Assembly: GCA_021738505.1 (NCBI GenBank)
Contig: JAIPBW010000004.1
Location: 8,000-71,999, forward strand
Direction: 5' to 3'
Source: Bacteroidales bacterium
Lineage (GTDB): Bacteria; Bacteroidota; Bacteroidia; Bacteroidales; PWNQ01
DNA length: 64,000 bases
Part shown: piece after piece, positions 1-10,633 of the stretch
How positions within the stretch are numbered: the first letter of the stretch is position 1
Layout of the letters: each line of letters starts with the position of its first letter
Program-made: the position numbers and the translations under genes
Notes under the pieces: generated by a model
The model's database searches: none
What the model was told of the DNA's origin: nothing
What the model saw: the letters and a program-made list of their open reading frames with translations, nothing else

Positions 1-368
1 TTATATTCTCGTCTCCAGGGTATGAAACAAAAAAAATGCCGGTTTCAATTGCCCCATTTCAAAACCAAAATGTAGATGTGAAGCTGGCTCCAAAGGATAT
101 TAGCATAGAAAAACAACAGGAAAATCCGTTCAGTATTTTTCCCAATCCGGCATCTGATAAGTTTTATATTAATTTTGATAAAAACGCTTTTACTGGTAAT
201 CTTCAAATCCGGATATACAATTCAGAGGGTGAGCTGATTATAGCTGACAAAAGGTCTTCGAAGCAAAGGGAAATTCAGGTTTTAACCAAGGATTTTCCGC
301 CGGGAATATATCTTGTTCAAATACTAGATTATCATACTAGTAATATTCAAAAATTGATTATCGAATAA
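1..368 (+). CDS. 3' end of a secreted protein carrying a type IX secretion (Por) C-terminal sorting domain; 5' end outside window
   Basis: The frame is open from base 3 to the stop at 366-368, so track ORF 36..368 is only the Met-initiated part. The tail FSIFPNPASDKFYINF...IRIYNSEGELI...FPPGIYLVQI fits the PNPa / GiYlv pattern of T9SS CTDs. Confidence 0.6.
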   Translation, partial: IFSSPGYETKKMPVSIAPFQNQNVDVKLAPKDISIEKQQENPFSIFPNPASDKFYINFDKNAFTGNLQIRIYNSEGELIIADKRSSKQREIQVLTKDFPPGIYLVQILDYHTSNIQKLIIE

Positions 369-461
369 TTCAGGTTGAAAAGTTTGTCATTTATATAAGG
401 CAGAATTTAAACATTCCGGAGAATTTGGCTGTTTAAATATAAAACCCAAAAGAAATAAGCT

Positions 462-1454
462 ATGGAAACTACAAAACTTCACAACATTGATTTACCCGCA
501 AGTCGTATAGGTCTTGGAACATGGGCTATTGGCGGCTGGATGTGGGGAGGAACAGACGAGAAAGAGTCCATAAAAACAATTCACAAAGCCCTGGATAAAG
601 GAGTTAACGTTATCGATACTGCTCCGGTATACGGTTTTGGTACCAGTGAAAAAATCGTTGGTGATGCTTTAAAGCAATATGGAAACCGCGATAAGGTTAT
701 TGTAACCACTAAAGTAGGTTTGGATTGGCTTAATGATAAAGTTTTTCGAAATGCCTCCTGGAAAAGAGTGCGGCAGGAAGTGGAAGATTCCCTGAGACGA
801 CTACAGACCGACTATATTGATGTTTATATGATTCACTGGCCGGACCCGCTTGTGCCCTTTAAAGAAACGGCTGAGGTAATGGATAATCTGATGAAAGAAG
901 GAAAGATACGTTCTATTGCTGTGAGTAATTATGATGAAAAGCAAATGGAGATCTTTTCCCATACAGCGCCTATTCATGTTGCTGAACCTCCATATAATAT
1001 GTTTGAGCGTGAAATAGAAAAGGATATTATTCCACATTGCAAAAACAATGATATCAAATTATTTACTTACGGAGCTATCTGCCGTGGGTTGCTATCCGGT
1101 AAAATGACACCTGAAACTACTTTCCAGGGGGATGACCTCAGAAAAGCCGATCCAAAATTTCAAAAGGAAAGATACGAGATGTATCTAAATGCTGTTAAGA
1201 CTCTTGATGAATTTGCTAAAGAGCATTTTAATAAAAATGTTATTCATCTGGCTCTTCGGTGGGTCTTGGATAAAGGAGCAGATTTAGCTCTTTGGGGTTC
1301 AAGACGACCGGATCAACTGGAGGTGCTGGATGAAGTTATGGGTTGGAATCTTGACGATAACGATATGGCAGCTATTGATAATCTTTTGGATGAAACAATT
1401 GATAACCCTGTCGGACCTGAATTTATGGCTCCTCCTACAAGAGATAAAGTATAA
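462..1454 (+). CDS. aldo/keto reductase family oxidoreductase
   Basis: 330 aa with GLGTWAIGG, DTAPVYG and IHWPD motifs typical of the AKR superfamily (YhdN/IolS-like). Confidence 0.85.
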   Translation: METTKLHNIDLPASRIGLGTWAIGGWMWGGTDEKESIKTIHKALDKGVNVIDTAPVYGFGTSEKIVGDALKQYGNRDKVIVTTKVGLDWLNDKVFRNASWKRVRQEVEDSLRRLQTDYIDVYMIHWPDPLVPFKETAEVMDNLMKEGKIRSIAVSNYDEKQMEIFSHTAPIHVAEPPYNMFEREIEKDIIPHCKNNDIKLFTYGAICRGLLSGKMTPETTFQGDDLRKADPKFQKERYEMYLNAVKTLDEFAKEHFNKNVIHLALRWVLDKGADLALWGSRRPDQLEVLDEVMGWNLDDNDMAAIDNLLDETIDNPVGPEFMAPPTRDKV

Positions 1455-1569
1455 ATTGTTTTATCAAGTAGCTCTCTGTAGTAGCTGAGATGAGTCTGAC
1501 TTTAGCGACGTTAGCAACTTGAGTGAATGAAGAGACTAAGAGATGCGAGAGAAGGAACATTATTGATGA

Positions 1570-3105
1570 ATGGATGATAAAAAAACAAAACAAATGAAGA
1601 TTTTACCAGTTGATAAAATCAGGGAAGCCGATGCGTATACAATACAAAACGAACCAATTGCATCAATCGATTTAATGGAGCGTGCCGGAACAAATTGCTA
1701 TGAATGGATCAAAGAACGATTAGCCTCAGATCAGAAGGTTATGGTTTTTGCAGGGATTGGAAATAATGCAGGTGACGGACTGGTTATTGCACGTCTTTTA
1801 GCAGCTGATGATATTGAGGTGGAAGTTGTTCATCTTCAGTTTAGCGAGAAGTTTTCCGGGGATTTTTCAACGAATATGGATCGTTTGAAAAAACAAAACA
1901 AGGCAAAGATAATGCCGGTAAAGTCGGAAGAGCAAATCCCGGAACCATCTGCAGATGATGTTGTTATAGATGCTGTTTTTGGTTCGGGTTTAGCTCGCCC
2001 AGTAAAAGGATTGCCGGGTAAAGCTATAGAAGTTATAAACCAATCGGAAGCAGTAGTTGTTGCTATTGATATTCCCTCCGGCCTTTATGCCGATCATCCT
2101 GCAGATGAAAAAGAAGGAACCATAGTTCATGCAGATTATACCCTGAGCCTGCAGATGCCGAAACTGTCTATGATGATGCCGGAGACCGGAGACTTTGTTG
2201 GGGAATTGTCAGTGATCCCCATAGGATTGCATCCTGATTTTTTAGAACAGGCAGATACCCCTTATCATGTTATCACGGATGAATTTAAAACGTTGTTACC
2301 CCGGCGAACAAAGTTTGCTCATAAAGGAAACTATGGTCATGCTTTGATAATAGCAGGTAGCTATGGAAAAATGGGTGCTTGCGTATTGAGCTCCAAATCC
2401 TGTTTGCGAACTGGAGCAGGTTTGGTAACGGCTCATGTGCCCAAAAAAGGCTATGACATCATTCAGACAGCCGTTCCCGAATGTATGACTGTTATTGATC
2501 CGGATCAGGAAATTCAGGCTAATCTCCCGGATTTGAAGCCATACAATGTAATTGCTGCCGGCCCCGGAATTGGTCAGTCTGCGCAGACGCAAAAGTTAAT
2601 AAAAGTACTTATCCAGGAATCTCAGGCTCCACTGGTTTTTGATGCTGATGCAATAAATATACTTGCAGAAAATAAAACCTGGTTGTCATTTTTACCTTCC
2701 AATTCAATTTTAACTCCTCATCCCGGTGAATTTGACCGTCTGGCAGGAAAGTCTAAAAATGGTTTTGAACGGATTGAAAAGGCCAGAGAACTTGCGAAGA
2801 AATATCACATCTACCTGGTATTAAAAGGTGCGAATACTGCTGTTTGCACGCCACGTGGTTATGTGTGGTTCAACAGCACAGGCAACCCGGGAATGGCTAC
2901 TGCCGGTAGTGGTGATGTGCTCACCGGAATTATTGCCGGTATGCTGGCCCAGCACATGAAACCTTTTGATGCTGCCTGCCTTGGTGTATTTATTCATGGA
3001 TTAGCAGGAGATGAGGCTGCCGATGAAATTGGTGAAGAAGCGCTGATAGCGTCCGATATTACAGACTTTTTGCCGGAAGCTTATGACTTGCTGGCAGATG
3101 AGTAA
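1570..3105 (+). CDS. nnr: bifunctional NAD(P)H-hydrate epimerase / ADP-dependent NAD(P)H-hydrate dehydratase
   Basis: 511 aa. An N-terminal YjeF_N-type part (GIGNNAGDGLV) is fused to a C-terminal carbohydrate-kinase-like part (GPGIG, GSGDVLTG). Confidence 0.85.
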   Translation: MDDKKTKQMKILPVDKIREADAYTIQNEPIASIDLMERAGTNCYEWIKERLASDQKVMVFAGIGNNAGDGLVIARLLAADDIEVEVVHLQFSEKFSGDFSTNMDRLKKQNKAKIMPVKSEEQIPEPSADDVVIDAVFGSGLARPVKGLPGKAIEVINQSEAVVVAIDIPSGLYADHPADEKEGTIVHADYTLSLQMPKLSMMMPETGDFVGELSVIPIGLHPDFLEQADTPYHVITDEFKTLLPRRTKFAHKGNYGHALIIAGSYGKMGACVLSSKSCLRTGAGLVTAHVPKKGYDIIQTAVPECMTVIDPDQEIQANLPDLKPYNVIAAGPGIGQSAQTQKLIKVLIQESQAPLVFDADAINILAENKTWLSFLPSNSILTPHPGEFDRLAGKSKNGFERIEKARELAKKYHIYLVLKGANTAVCTPRGYVWFNSTGNPGMATAGSGDVLTGIIAGMLAQHMKPFDAACLGVFIHGLAGDEAADEIGEEALIASDITDFLPEAYDLLADE

Positions 3106-3133
3106 GTTACCGAATGTTAGATTTATCGCGGAT

Positions 3134-3165
3134 TTGCTTTTATTGTATTCATTAATGTATCTTTG
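3134..3165 (+). promoter_or_regulatory. Bacteroidota sigma-A type promoter (-33 TTTG / -7 TATCTTTG) for the glycosyltransferase gene
   Basis: TATCTTTG (3158-3165) matches TAnnTTTG and lies 19 nt upstream of ATG 3185. TTTG at 3134-3137 lies about 20 nt upstream of the -7 box. Confidence 0.5.
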
Positions 3166-3184
3166 ACCGGTTAAAGTTAGTTCC

Positions 3185-4099
3185 ATGTTTAAACCGAATA
3201 TTCCGAAATGGGTACAAAAACATAATTTTGACTATAAAAGTTATGATGATGTACCTGCTGAAGTATTTGATCGCATCAGGGATGGATTGAATAAAAAGAA
3301 GTCAGACCGCCCGGATGTGAGTATTGTTGCCATAACATACAACGAAAGCGTAAATGTTCTCCGGTTATTGTCATCATTAGCTGATATCCGCTCCGGGTTG
3401 GAGTTGGAGGTTATTGTAGTGAACAATAATTCTACGGATGACACACAAAAGTTTTTAGACAGGGCAGGAGCTGTAAGTGTTTTTGAACAGCGGCAGGGAA
3501 TCCCCTGGGCAAGACAAGCCGGATTAGACAGAGCAAAAGGTACCTATCACCTTTGTGCCGATGGAGATACGATTTACCCACCGAAGTATGCAGATACCAT
3601 GTATAAAGCTTTACAAAAGAAAAATGTAGTTTGTGCTTATGGTATGGGCTCATTTTTACCTGATAAGACGAAAACACGGTTTCAACTGGCAGTATATGAG
3701 TTTTTTAAAGACTTAGTAATACATTTGCGTTCTATTAACCGTCCTGAACAAAGTGTTCGTTCCCAAAGCATGGGATTTCCAACAGATCTGGCAAAAAAAA
3801 TCGGTTGGAATACGGGAGTTAAACGAGGATCAGACGGTCGATTAGCCTGGGCTTTATCGAAACATGGTAAACTGGTTTTGGTAAATAGCAACGGAGCCCG
3901 TATTTGGACAACTACAGAAACATTAAACAGGGACGGCAGCTTAGGGCAGGTGATCGGTAAAAGAATTCGCCGCGAGTGGAACCGTTTGGGAGAATATTTT
4001 CAAAAACAAAAAGGAGAATATAAAGAAGTGGAAGATATTGAGAAAAACAAACGGGAAGTAGAAGAAAAACTTAAACAAGAGAAAGAAAGGAATAATTGA
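3185..4099 (+). CDS. family 2 glycosyltransferase
   Basis: 304 aa with VSIVAITYNE, NNNSTDDT and ADGDT (DxD-like), as in GT2 enzymes. It has a Lys/Glu-rich C-terminal tail. Confidence 0.7.
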   Translation: MFKPNIPKWVQKHNFDYKSYDDVPAEVFDRIRDGLNKKKSDRPDVSIVAITYNESVNVLRLLSSLADIRSGLELEVIVVNNNSTDDTQKFLDRAGAVSVFEQRQGIPWARQAGLDRAKGTYHLCADGDTIYPPKYADTMYKALQKKNVVCAYGMGSFLPDKTKTRFQLAVYEFFKDLVIHLRSINRPEQSVRSQSMGFPTDLAKKIGWNTGVKRGSDGRLAWALSKHGKLVLVNSNGARIWTTTETLNRDGSLGQVIGKRIRREWNRLGEYFQKQKGEYKEVEDIEKNKREVEEKLKQEKERNN

Positions 4100-4104
4100 T
4101 AGTG

Positions 4105-4566
4105 TTATTCGTAATTCTTTTCTGAAATCAGCTTACCATTCTCATCCCACATTTTCCATGTTCCTGATTTTTGGCCGTTTTCATAATGCATTTCATAGCG
4201 CAGGGTGCCATTTTGGTCCCAGATGAACCAACTGCCATGTTTTTTCCCTTTGTCATAACGGGCTTCGGCAGTTTTAATTCCTTCTTTATTCCATTCAATC
4301 CAAAGGTTGTGTTTTTTGCCTCCTTTGTAATAACGCTGTTCTTTGCGCTCTCCATTTTTATAATAAAGCATCATTTTTCCATTGGGCAACCCGTTTTCAA
4401 TCTGAATGGTCAGTTTTTTATTGCCATTGTCATATTCTTCATGATGCGTTCCGGTATATAAAGCGCCTCGTTTATAATAAAGCCCGTCTTTTTGAGTCAG
4501 CTCCTGGGCAAATCCCTGCAAAGCAAAGATGCTGAGAAATATTATTAAAAATAGTTGCTTATTCAT
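4105..4566 (-). CDS. secreted MORN/YwqK-type repeat protein
   Basis: 153 aa with an N-terminal signal peptide (LSIFALQGFAQ), followed by repeated G.W..W/Y..NG.K units as in the YwqK/MORN-variant repeat family. Confidence 0.6.
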   Translation of the reverse strand: MNKQLFLIIFLSIFALQGFAQELTQKDGLYYKRGALYTGTHHEEYDNGNKKLTIQIENGLPNGKMMLYYKNGERKEQRYYKGGKKHNLWIEWNKEGIKTAEARYDKGKKHGSWFIWDQNGTLRYEMHYENGQKSGTWKMWDENGKLISEKNYE

Positions 4567-4839
4567 TGCGTTGGTTTACGTATTCCTTTTCTATTCACGT
4601 TAGCTTGGTGATCGTTGTTCTGTATTTTTGTTTGGTCTTCAATGGTTATTCGCAAAGATTATTATTTTTATATGGAGAGTCAATGGGGTAATTTTTGTAC
4701 TATACAATCTTACTAAATCTCAGTTCGCACCCTCGTCTCTTAGTTCGTTTTACCGATAACTATAGGCATGCTCAACTCTACATGCTAAAAACTGTAGCGA
4801 AAGATAACTCCCGATAGTTAAATGATACTCCAAAGATAA

Positions 4840-5193
4840 TTAATTATCTTCACTTTTAAGGTGTACCTTTAGAGATTTATCTTCACCAACATTAACTTCG
4901 AGATTTTCAATATAGCTGTTATTGTATGAAATGTAGCTAATTACAAGGCTATAATTCCCGGGTTCTAATCCGTTAATAACAAAATCTCCCTCCAGGTCAG
5001 AATATTCTTTTATATCTGTTCCTTCAACCTTAATAATAGCGCCGGCTAAGTTTTCTCCGGATTCGTGATCGAAGATCGTGCCGTGAATGTTAGCTGATTC
5101 TTTGTTGCTTTTTGTGTTTCCGTCATCACCGGCCAGAGCGTTTACGGAAAATAACATGCTAACGATAATTGTGAAAAGAAAAATACGGTTCAT
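4840..5193 (-). CDS. small secreted carboxypeptidase-regulatory-like domain protein
   Basis: 117 aa with a signal peptide. GTIFD...GAIIKVEGT...DLEGDFVINGLEPGNYSLVISYISY matches the CarboxypepD_reg fold found at N-termini of TonB-dependent receptors. Confidence 0.6.
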   Translation of the reverse strand: MNRIFLFTIIVSMLFSVNALAGDDGNTKSNKESANIHGTIFDHESGENLAGAIIKVEGTDIKEYSDLEGDFVINGLEPGNYSLVISYISYNNSYIENLEVNVGEDKSLKVHLKSEDN

Positions 5194-5320
5194 TTTTTTT
5201 TGTTTTTTAGATTGCTTTTTGTTTACGAGTACAAATGTAATTCGGCAATCCTTAAAAGCTGTAAAATAAAAATGAAGCTATGATTAATTTTATGTTAACT
5301 TGACAACTCAAATAATAAAC

Positions 5321-7027
5321 TTAGCTTTGATTGACTTTTGTTTTGTATTCATGAATGGCTTGAGAGACATTTATGATGTGATCACCAATTTTTTCACCCA
5401 TGGAGTATAGATCATTGAAATAGCTGCCGGAGGCGGAATGTGATGCACTGTCATTTAGCATGTTCGCATGTTGACGCCTTAATTTATCACGAAGTTGGTT
5501 TATCTCTTCTTCTTTGGCAAAAGCCTCTGAGGGATCAATCTGTATATATTCACGGTTAAGATTTTTTTCCATGATTTTTAATGCGTCGTGTATATGCTCA
5601 AAAAGCCCATTCAGGCTGTTACGTACATCTTGAGTAAACCATACTTTATGTTTATTTTTATTGTCAATCGTTTGAGCCATTTGTTCTATCATATCACCAA
5701 TATTTTCCAGGTCATCAATGATTTTCAGCATGACCCTAACACGGTGAGATGTTTCCAGGCTAACTTCCGACTCGGAAATACGGGTTAGATATGTAGATAT
5801 TTCTACTTGCATGTGATCTGTTATCTTTTCATAATCTGAAATCCGGGTAAGCAACTGCTCATATTTGGGGTCCTTTTTTTCAACCAGCAACTCAGGAAGA
5901 AAACCAAACATCTTTCGGAGTCTTCTGGCAAATACTCCAATTTCATTTTTTGCTTGTATAGTCGATAATTCCGAAGTTGATACCAGATTAGTATGGATAA
6001 ATTTAAGTCGCTTAGGGGAATCATCGGTTTGTGAGCCTGTCATTTTACGAGCCAACTGTTCTAAATATCCTGTAAAGTTTAAAAATATGAGCGTATTGAT
6101 CAGATTAAAAGATGTGTGGAAAATTGCTAAACTGATGAGTATGTTTGCCTTACTTTCTTCTATTCCGCTACCGGAAAAATGGTTTACAAGCCATTCTATT
6201 CCATGTATAAACGGATAAAACAAGGGTAATATCCATAACAAGGCCAGGATGTTAAAAAGAAAATGTATCCTGGCGGATTGTTTTGCCTTTTTATTAGCAA
6301 TTAAGGCCGCAATGTTAGGAGTGATTGTTGTCCCGATATTTTCTCCGAGTACCATGGCAGCTCCCATTTCAAAAGGGATCCAGCCATTGGAGCATAACAC
6401 AAGCGTAAGGGCCATGGTTGCACTGGAGCTTTGGATTATCGTTGTGATCAGCGTGCCAAAAATGACAAACAAAAGCAGTGGCCAAAATCCGCTGTGAGGT
6501 AATTCCGAAAACCATGCAAAGTATTCCTGATTATTATTGATATCAGGCAGTGTTTCTTTTAAAAACTCAAGTCCCAGAAATAAAAGGGCAATCCCGATAA
6601 TGAGCTCCCCAAAAATGCGGTGTTGATGTTTACCGGAAAAAAACAAAGGAAAGGCCAACCCGATAATTGGCAAAGTAAGCATGGTTATGTTTGCCTGAAA
6701 ACCAATTAATACAAGCCAGGCAGTTACTGTTGTTCCGATATTAGCACCCATAATGAGCGCAATACTTTTCCCCACCGTAAGCAAACCTGCATTAACGAAA
6801 CTTACGAGCATTACAGTAGCTGCTGAAGAAGATTGAAGCAGAGCGGTAATTAAAAAGCCCGCAAGAACACCCCGCAAACGATTGGAGGTAATTGCCGACA
6901 ATGTTTTACGCATGCGATCGCCGGCAACTTTCTGCAGCGATTCACTCATGTACTTCATACCAAAAAGGAATAAAGCTAATGAACCGAAAACAGACAGAAT
7001 GTTTATGATAATGTCAATTACTTCCAT
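5321..7027 (-). CDS. Na/Pi cotransporter family protein with PhoU-like C-terminal domain
   Basis: 568 aa with two internal repeats that each carry GANIGTT/GENIGTT, multiple TM helices, and a helical PhoU-like C-terminus. Confidence 0.85.
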   Translation of the reverse strand: MEVIDIIINILSVFGSLALFLFGMKYMSESLQKVAGDRMRKTLSAITSNRLRGVLAGFLITALLQSSSAATVMLVSFVNAGLLTVGKSIALIMGANIGTTVTAWLVLIGFQANITMLTLPIIGLAFPLFFSGKHQHRIFGELIIGIALLFLGLEFLKETLPDINNNQEYFAWFSELPHSGFWPLLLFVIFGTLITTIIQSSSATMALTLVLCSNGWIPFEMGAAMVLGENIGTTITPNIAALIANKKAKQSARIHFLFNILALLWILPLFYPFIHGIEWLVNHFSGSGIEESKANILISLAIFHTSFNLINTLIFLNFTGYLEQLARKMTGSQTDDSPKRLKFIHTNLVSTSELSTIQAKNEIGVFARRLRKMFGFLPELLVEKKDPKYEQLLTRISDYEKITDHMQVEISTYLTRISESEVSLETSHRVRVMLKIIDDLENIGDMIEQMAQTIDNKNKHKVWFTQDVRNSLNGLFEHIHDALKIMEKNLNREYIQIDPSEAFAKEEEINQLRDKLRRQHANMLNDSASHSASGSYFNDLYSMGEKIGDHIINVSQAIHEYKTKVNQS

Positions 7028-7206
7028 GACTTAAGTTAATACTTTGTTTGTGACTAATGCCAACTGTTGCAAATTAACAAAAAAGCTTGCTATTTTTGAT
7101 GAGTTAACTTAAACTTTACATTGGAAACAAATCATGTGTTTTGATCGTTTACTGTTTGTGCATTAAGTCCCTTGCTGCATTATGGTTGCATGAAATTTTT
7201 ACTTTT

Positions 7207-8115
7207 ATGATTAAAATAGCATTTTCAGACGATTATATATTACCGCTTCCTGCAACACACAGATTTCCTATGGATAAATATGAGTTAATACCTTCTCAAT
7301 TGTTATATGAACAGAGTTATGATGATAACAATTTTTTTATTCCGCAAATTATGGATGTAGACCTGATTCGACAGATACACGATAATGATTATGTGGACCG
7401 TGTATTGAAAGGCGAGCTGACTTATAAAGAGATGCGCCGTATTGGTTTTCCGTGGAGCCGGCAAATGGTAGACCGTGAATTGCTTATCACCTACGGTTCT
7501 GTGCAGTCAGCAGTATATGCATTGGAGACCGGGGTTTCGTTTAATGTGGCCGGGGGAACGCATCATGCTTTTTCCGGACATGGCGAAGGCTTTTGTATTT
7601 TTAATGATATTGCCGTAGCGGCAAAATACATGTTAAATAAAAATCTGGCTCATAAGATTCTGGTCGTTGATTTGGATGTTCACCAGGGAAACGGGACAGC
7701 TTCTGTTTTTCAGGAGAACTCTTCTGTCTTTACCTTTAGCATGCACGGAGCGCGAAATTATCCTTTACGCAAAGAAAAATCAGACCTGGATATACCTTTG
7801 GATGACGGAACTTCAGATTTGGATTATTTACGGGCTTTGGAGAATACTTTACCACAATTAATAGAAAAAGTAAAGCCGGACTTTGTGTTTTTCCAGGCCG
7901 GTGTGGATGCATTAAACGAAGATAAGTTGGGGAAACTAAGTCTTTCGGTGCAAGGATTAAAAAATCGGGATCACTTTGTGTTTAAAACGCTGCATTACTA
8001 CGGAATTCCGGTATCTGTTTCTATGGGAGGCGGATATGCCAAACGGTTAAGGGATATTGTGGAGGCTCATTGCAATACTTACCGGATTGCTTCGCAATTT
8101 TATGAAAAGGAATAG
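7207..8115 (+). CDS. histone deacetylase family protein (acetoin-utilisation/HDAC-like)
   Basis: Start moved to Met 7207 (MIKIAFSDDY). Carries the catalytic motifs GGTHHA, EGFCIFND and DLDVHQGNG. Confidence 0.85.
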   Translation: MIKIAFSDDYILPLPATHRFPMDKYELIPSQLLYEQSYDDNNFFIPQIMDVDLIRQIHDNDYVDRVLKGELTYKEMRRIGFPWSRQMVDRELLITYGSVQSAVYALETGVSFNVAGGTHHAFSGHGEGFCIFNDIAVAAKYMLNKNLAHKILVVDLDVHQGNGTASVFQENSSVFTFSMHGARNYPLRKEKSDLDIPLDDGTSDLDYLRALENTLPQLIEKVKPDFVFFQAGVDALNEDKLGKLSLSVQGLKNRDHFVFKTLHYYGIPVSVSMGGGYAKRLRDIVEAHCNTYRIASQFYEKE

Positions 8116-8124
8116 GAAAGACCT

Positions 8125-9180
8125 TTATTTTTTCGGTGGCTTCTTATTTAACTTCGTTCGCCATAATTCTTTTGCCAGCGCTTGCATATCCTGAGTAGCA
8201 TCATATTCATCAACGATTTCCAGACCCAGGATCGTTTCCACAATATCTTCCATTGTCACGATCCCGTCTAAACCACCATATTCATCAACAACAAGAGCGA
8301 TCATATCATTTTCCTCGGTCAGTTTCTCATACAAATCCGATATCTTCGCATTACTGACAACAATAGGAATTTCTCGTTTGAATTCTTTTAGTTTCTTGTC
8401 TTGCTGATTATGTAGCAGGTTTACAAGCAGTTCATCTTTAAGAATATATCCTGTGATCTGTTCCTGATTATCTTTATATACCGGAATACGTGAAAATCGC
8501 AGGTTTTGCACCTGATCGTAAAACTCTGAAGCACGTGTTTCTTCATCAGCAGAAACAATAACTACGCGGGGAGTCATAATATCTTTTATGCGCAGATAAT
8601 TTATTTTCATCAAATTTTGTATGATGCGTGACTCATTTTCATGAACTTCACCAATATTTGCTCCGACGCGGGCCATGGCAGAAAGCTCATCCCTTGATAT
8701 TTCTTTACTTTTCCGGCCACGTTTTAGCCAATGCGTAATCCACTGGCTTATGATGATAAAAGGGTAAAGGGGAGAGTAAATCATGACTTGCAGCGTGTAG
8801 GCTGTGAATCCGGCAAGCTGCTTGTTGAACATGGAACCAATTGTTTTGGGGATGATCTCGGAGATGATTAAAATCAACACGGTTAAAATCGCCGAGACCA
8901 ATGAAAGATACGCATTGCCCCAGATAACTTGTGCCTGAGCCCCGACGCCCGCAGCCCCGATAGTATGTGCAAAAGTGTTTAATGTTAATATGACTGCCAG
9001 CGGACGGTCAATATTCCCTTTGAATTTGGCTAACAGAACCCCTGCCTTAGTGCCCTTCTCTTGCATCATATTCACATAACTCGGTGTTATGCTTAAAATA
9101 ACAGATTCAAGCATTGAACACAGGAAAGAAAATCCCAGTGCTACAAACAAATATAACAGCAGTAATTCCATGGAGGACAA
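8125..9180 (-). CDS. CNNM/DUF21 transmembrane domain plus CBS-pair protein (hemolysin-family annotation)
   Basis: 351 aa with an N-terminal 4-TM DUF21-type region, followed by a CBS pair (IMTPR..., DEYGGLDGIVTMEDI). Confidence 0.8.
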   Translation of the reverse strand: MSSMELLLLYLFVALGFSFLCSMLESVILSITPSYVNMMQEKGTKAGVLLAKFKGNIDRPLAVILTLNTFAHTIGAAGVGAQAQVIWGNAYLSLVSAILTVLILIISEIIPKTIGSMFNKQLAGFTAYTLQVMIYSPLYPFIIISQWITHWLKRGRKSKEISRDELSAMARVGANIGEVHENESRIIQNLMKINYLRIKDIMTPRVVIVSADEETRASEFYDQVQNLRFSRIPVYKDNQEQITGYILKDELLVNLLHNQQDKKLKEFKREIPIVVSNAKISDLYEKLTEENDMIALVVDEYGGLDGIVTMEDIVETILGLEIVDEYDATQDMQALAKELWRTKLNKKPPKK

Positions 9181-9258
9181 AAATAATCAATAACAACCAA
9201 TTCCCCAAGTTTTGCATGTATCGGGATTAGCTATATTTTACTTTTGTCTAATGGCATA

Positions 9259-9792
9259 TTATTTCCAGGAACCTTTAAATGTAAAAGACTCCACAGAGTT
9301 TCTGGGTGTTTCTTCTCTTTTTTCGGATTTATCCGGGTAGCCTAATGCTATCATGGCAACAGGTTGATACTCATCAGGGATATTGAGGTTTTCTATTGCT
9401 TTGGAACGGTCATATCCTCCCATCTGATGCACATAAATGCCCATGGAGGTTGCCTGATTGAGTAAATTACCCAGGGCCATTCCGGTGTCATGAAAACTAT
9501 AGGGATTGGGTTTTCCTGTTACAATAGAAGTTTTCTTAGCTACTGATAACATTAAAATTGACGCTTTTTTTGCCCATTCCTGATTTTGAGGAACCAAAAT
9601 ATCCAGCATCCGGTTCCATTCTTCTTCATTATCACGTGTAGCATAAATAAATCTCCACGGTTGTTCATTATAACTGGACGGCGCTCGCCGGGCAGCGTCA
9701 AGAAGCGTGCTTAAATCTTCCATGGTAACTTTTTTGTCCTGAAAAGAATACGGACTGTAGCGTTGGGTAATATGTTCTAAAATGGATTTCAT
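9259..9792 (-). CDS. nitroreductase family protein
   Basis: 177 aa. The RRAPSSYNEQPWRF motif and the size are typical of NfnB/NfsA-like nitroreductases. Confidence 0.8.
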   Translation of the reverse strand: MKSILEHITQRYSPYSFQDKKVTMEDLSTLLDAARRAPSSYNEQPWRFIYATRDNEEEWNRMLDILVPQNQEWAKKASILMLSVAKKTSIVTGKPNPYSFHDTGMALGNLLNQATSMGIYVHQMGGYDRSKAIENLNIPDEYQPVAMIALGYPDKSEKREETPRNSVESFTFKGSWK

Positions 9793-9910
9793 AGAGTACT
9801 TATTTTGGATTTTCAGTCAGCATAACATTTAAATTTTCTTATTGTTTGATTTTGTAATTGAGATCGGGTAAACTTTTTTATAGACAAGGTGTTAGTTGAG
9901 AAAAGCAAGT

Positions 9911-10495
9911 ATGAAACGTTTTATTGTAATATTACTGATATTAATTCCGGTATTCACAATCGCCCAGGATCAGGATTTTTCAAAAATCAGCACGGATCAC
10001 ATAGAGTTCCGGCACAACGGCATGTATGTTCTTGGAGGCTGGGCAGTGACTAATATATTAGGTAGTGGATATATGATGTCGCAGACTAACGGCTGGCATT
10101 TCCGGTTTCACCAGATGAATGTTTTTTGGAATGTGGTAAATCTGGGAATTGCAGCAGGAGGAGTCGGTTTTACACAAAGTCAGGATGATATAACCGGATT
10201 GGAAGCTTATGAACAATATGCTGATTTTGGAAAGATTTTGCTTTTTAATGCCGGACTTGATCTGGCGTATATGGCAACCGGACTGTTTATGCAAGAACGG
10301 GCAAAAAACGTGAGCAAGCGAAAGGATATGCTGAAAGGATATGGGAAATCTATTATCTTACAGGGTGGATTCCTATTTTTGTTTGATGCTGTTCTGTATG
10401 GATTAAATCAATCAAAAATGCAGGAAATCTTTAACGCAGAAAACATTGAGCTCTCATTAACAGGGAATATGATGAATTTTTCACTTTATTTTTGA
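9911..10495 (+). CDS. hypothetical membrane protein
   Basis: Track ORF 9896..10495 starts at TTG, and the ATG at 9911 (MKRFIVILLIL) is more likely. It has a signal/TM segment plus about 3 further hydrophobic helices. No family recognised. Confidence 0.5.
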   Translation: MKRFIVILLILIPVFTIAQDQDFSKISTDHIEFRHNGMYVLGGWAVTNILGSGYMMSQTNGWHFRFHQMNVFWNVVNLGIAAGGVGFTQSQDDITGLEAYEQYADFGKILLFNAGLDLAYMATGLFMQERAKNVSKRKDMLKGYGKSIILQGGFLFLFDAVLYGLNQSKMQEIFNAENIELSLTGNMMNFSLYF

Positions 10496-10633
10496 ATCAA
10501 AATATCCGTTTATAAGCCATGATTATACAAACAAGTTATTAAAGCCTGAAATTGATGTATTCGTAAACATAAGCTTTTGTAATGATGTAGCAAAAGTTAT
10601 TTGTCTTTACATCAAAAATGCTTGCTAAAAATA

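Noticed and set aside
1523-1559. Purine-rich tract GAGTGAATGAAGAGACTAAGAGATGCGAGAGAAGG, sharing ACTAAGAGA..CGAG.G with the reverse complement of 4726-4748, and loosely similar words at 29953-29990
   Set aside because: The shared core is only a 9-mer plus a few bases. A chance match between two spacers of about 100 bp is not negligible, so I do not call a second repeat family.
7141-7206. 5' extension of the histone-deacetylase ORF (MIVYCLCIKSLAALWLHEIFTF)
   Set aside because: It starts at TTG and is hydrophobic, nonsense-like sequence. The family N-terminus begins at MIKIAFSDDY (7207).
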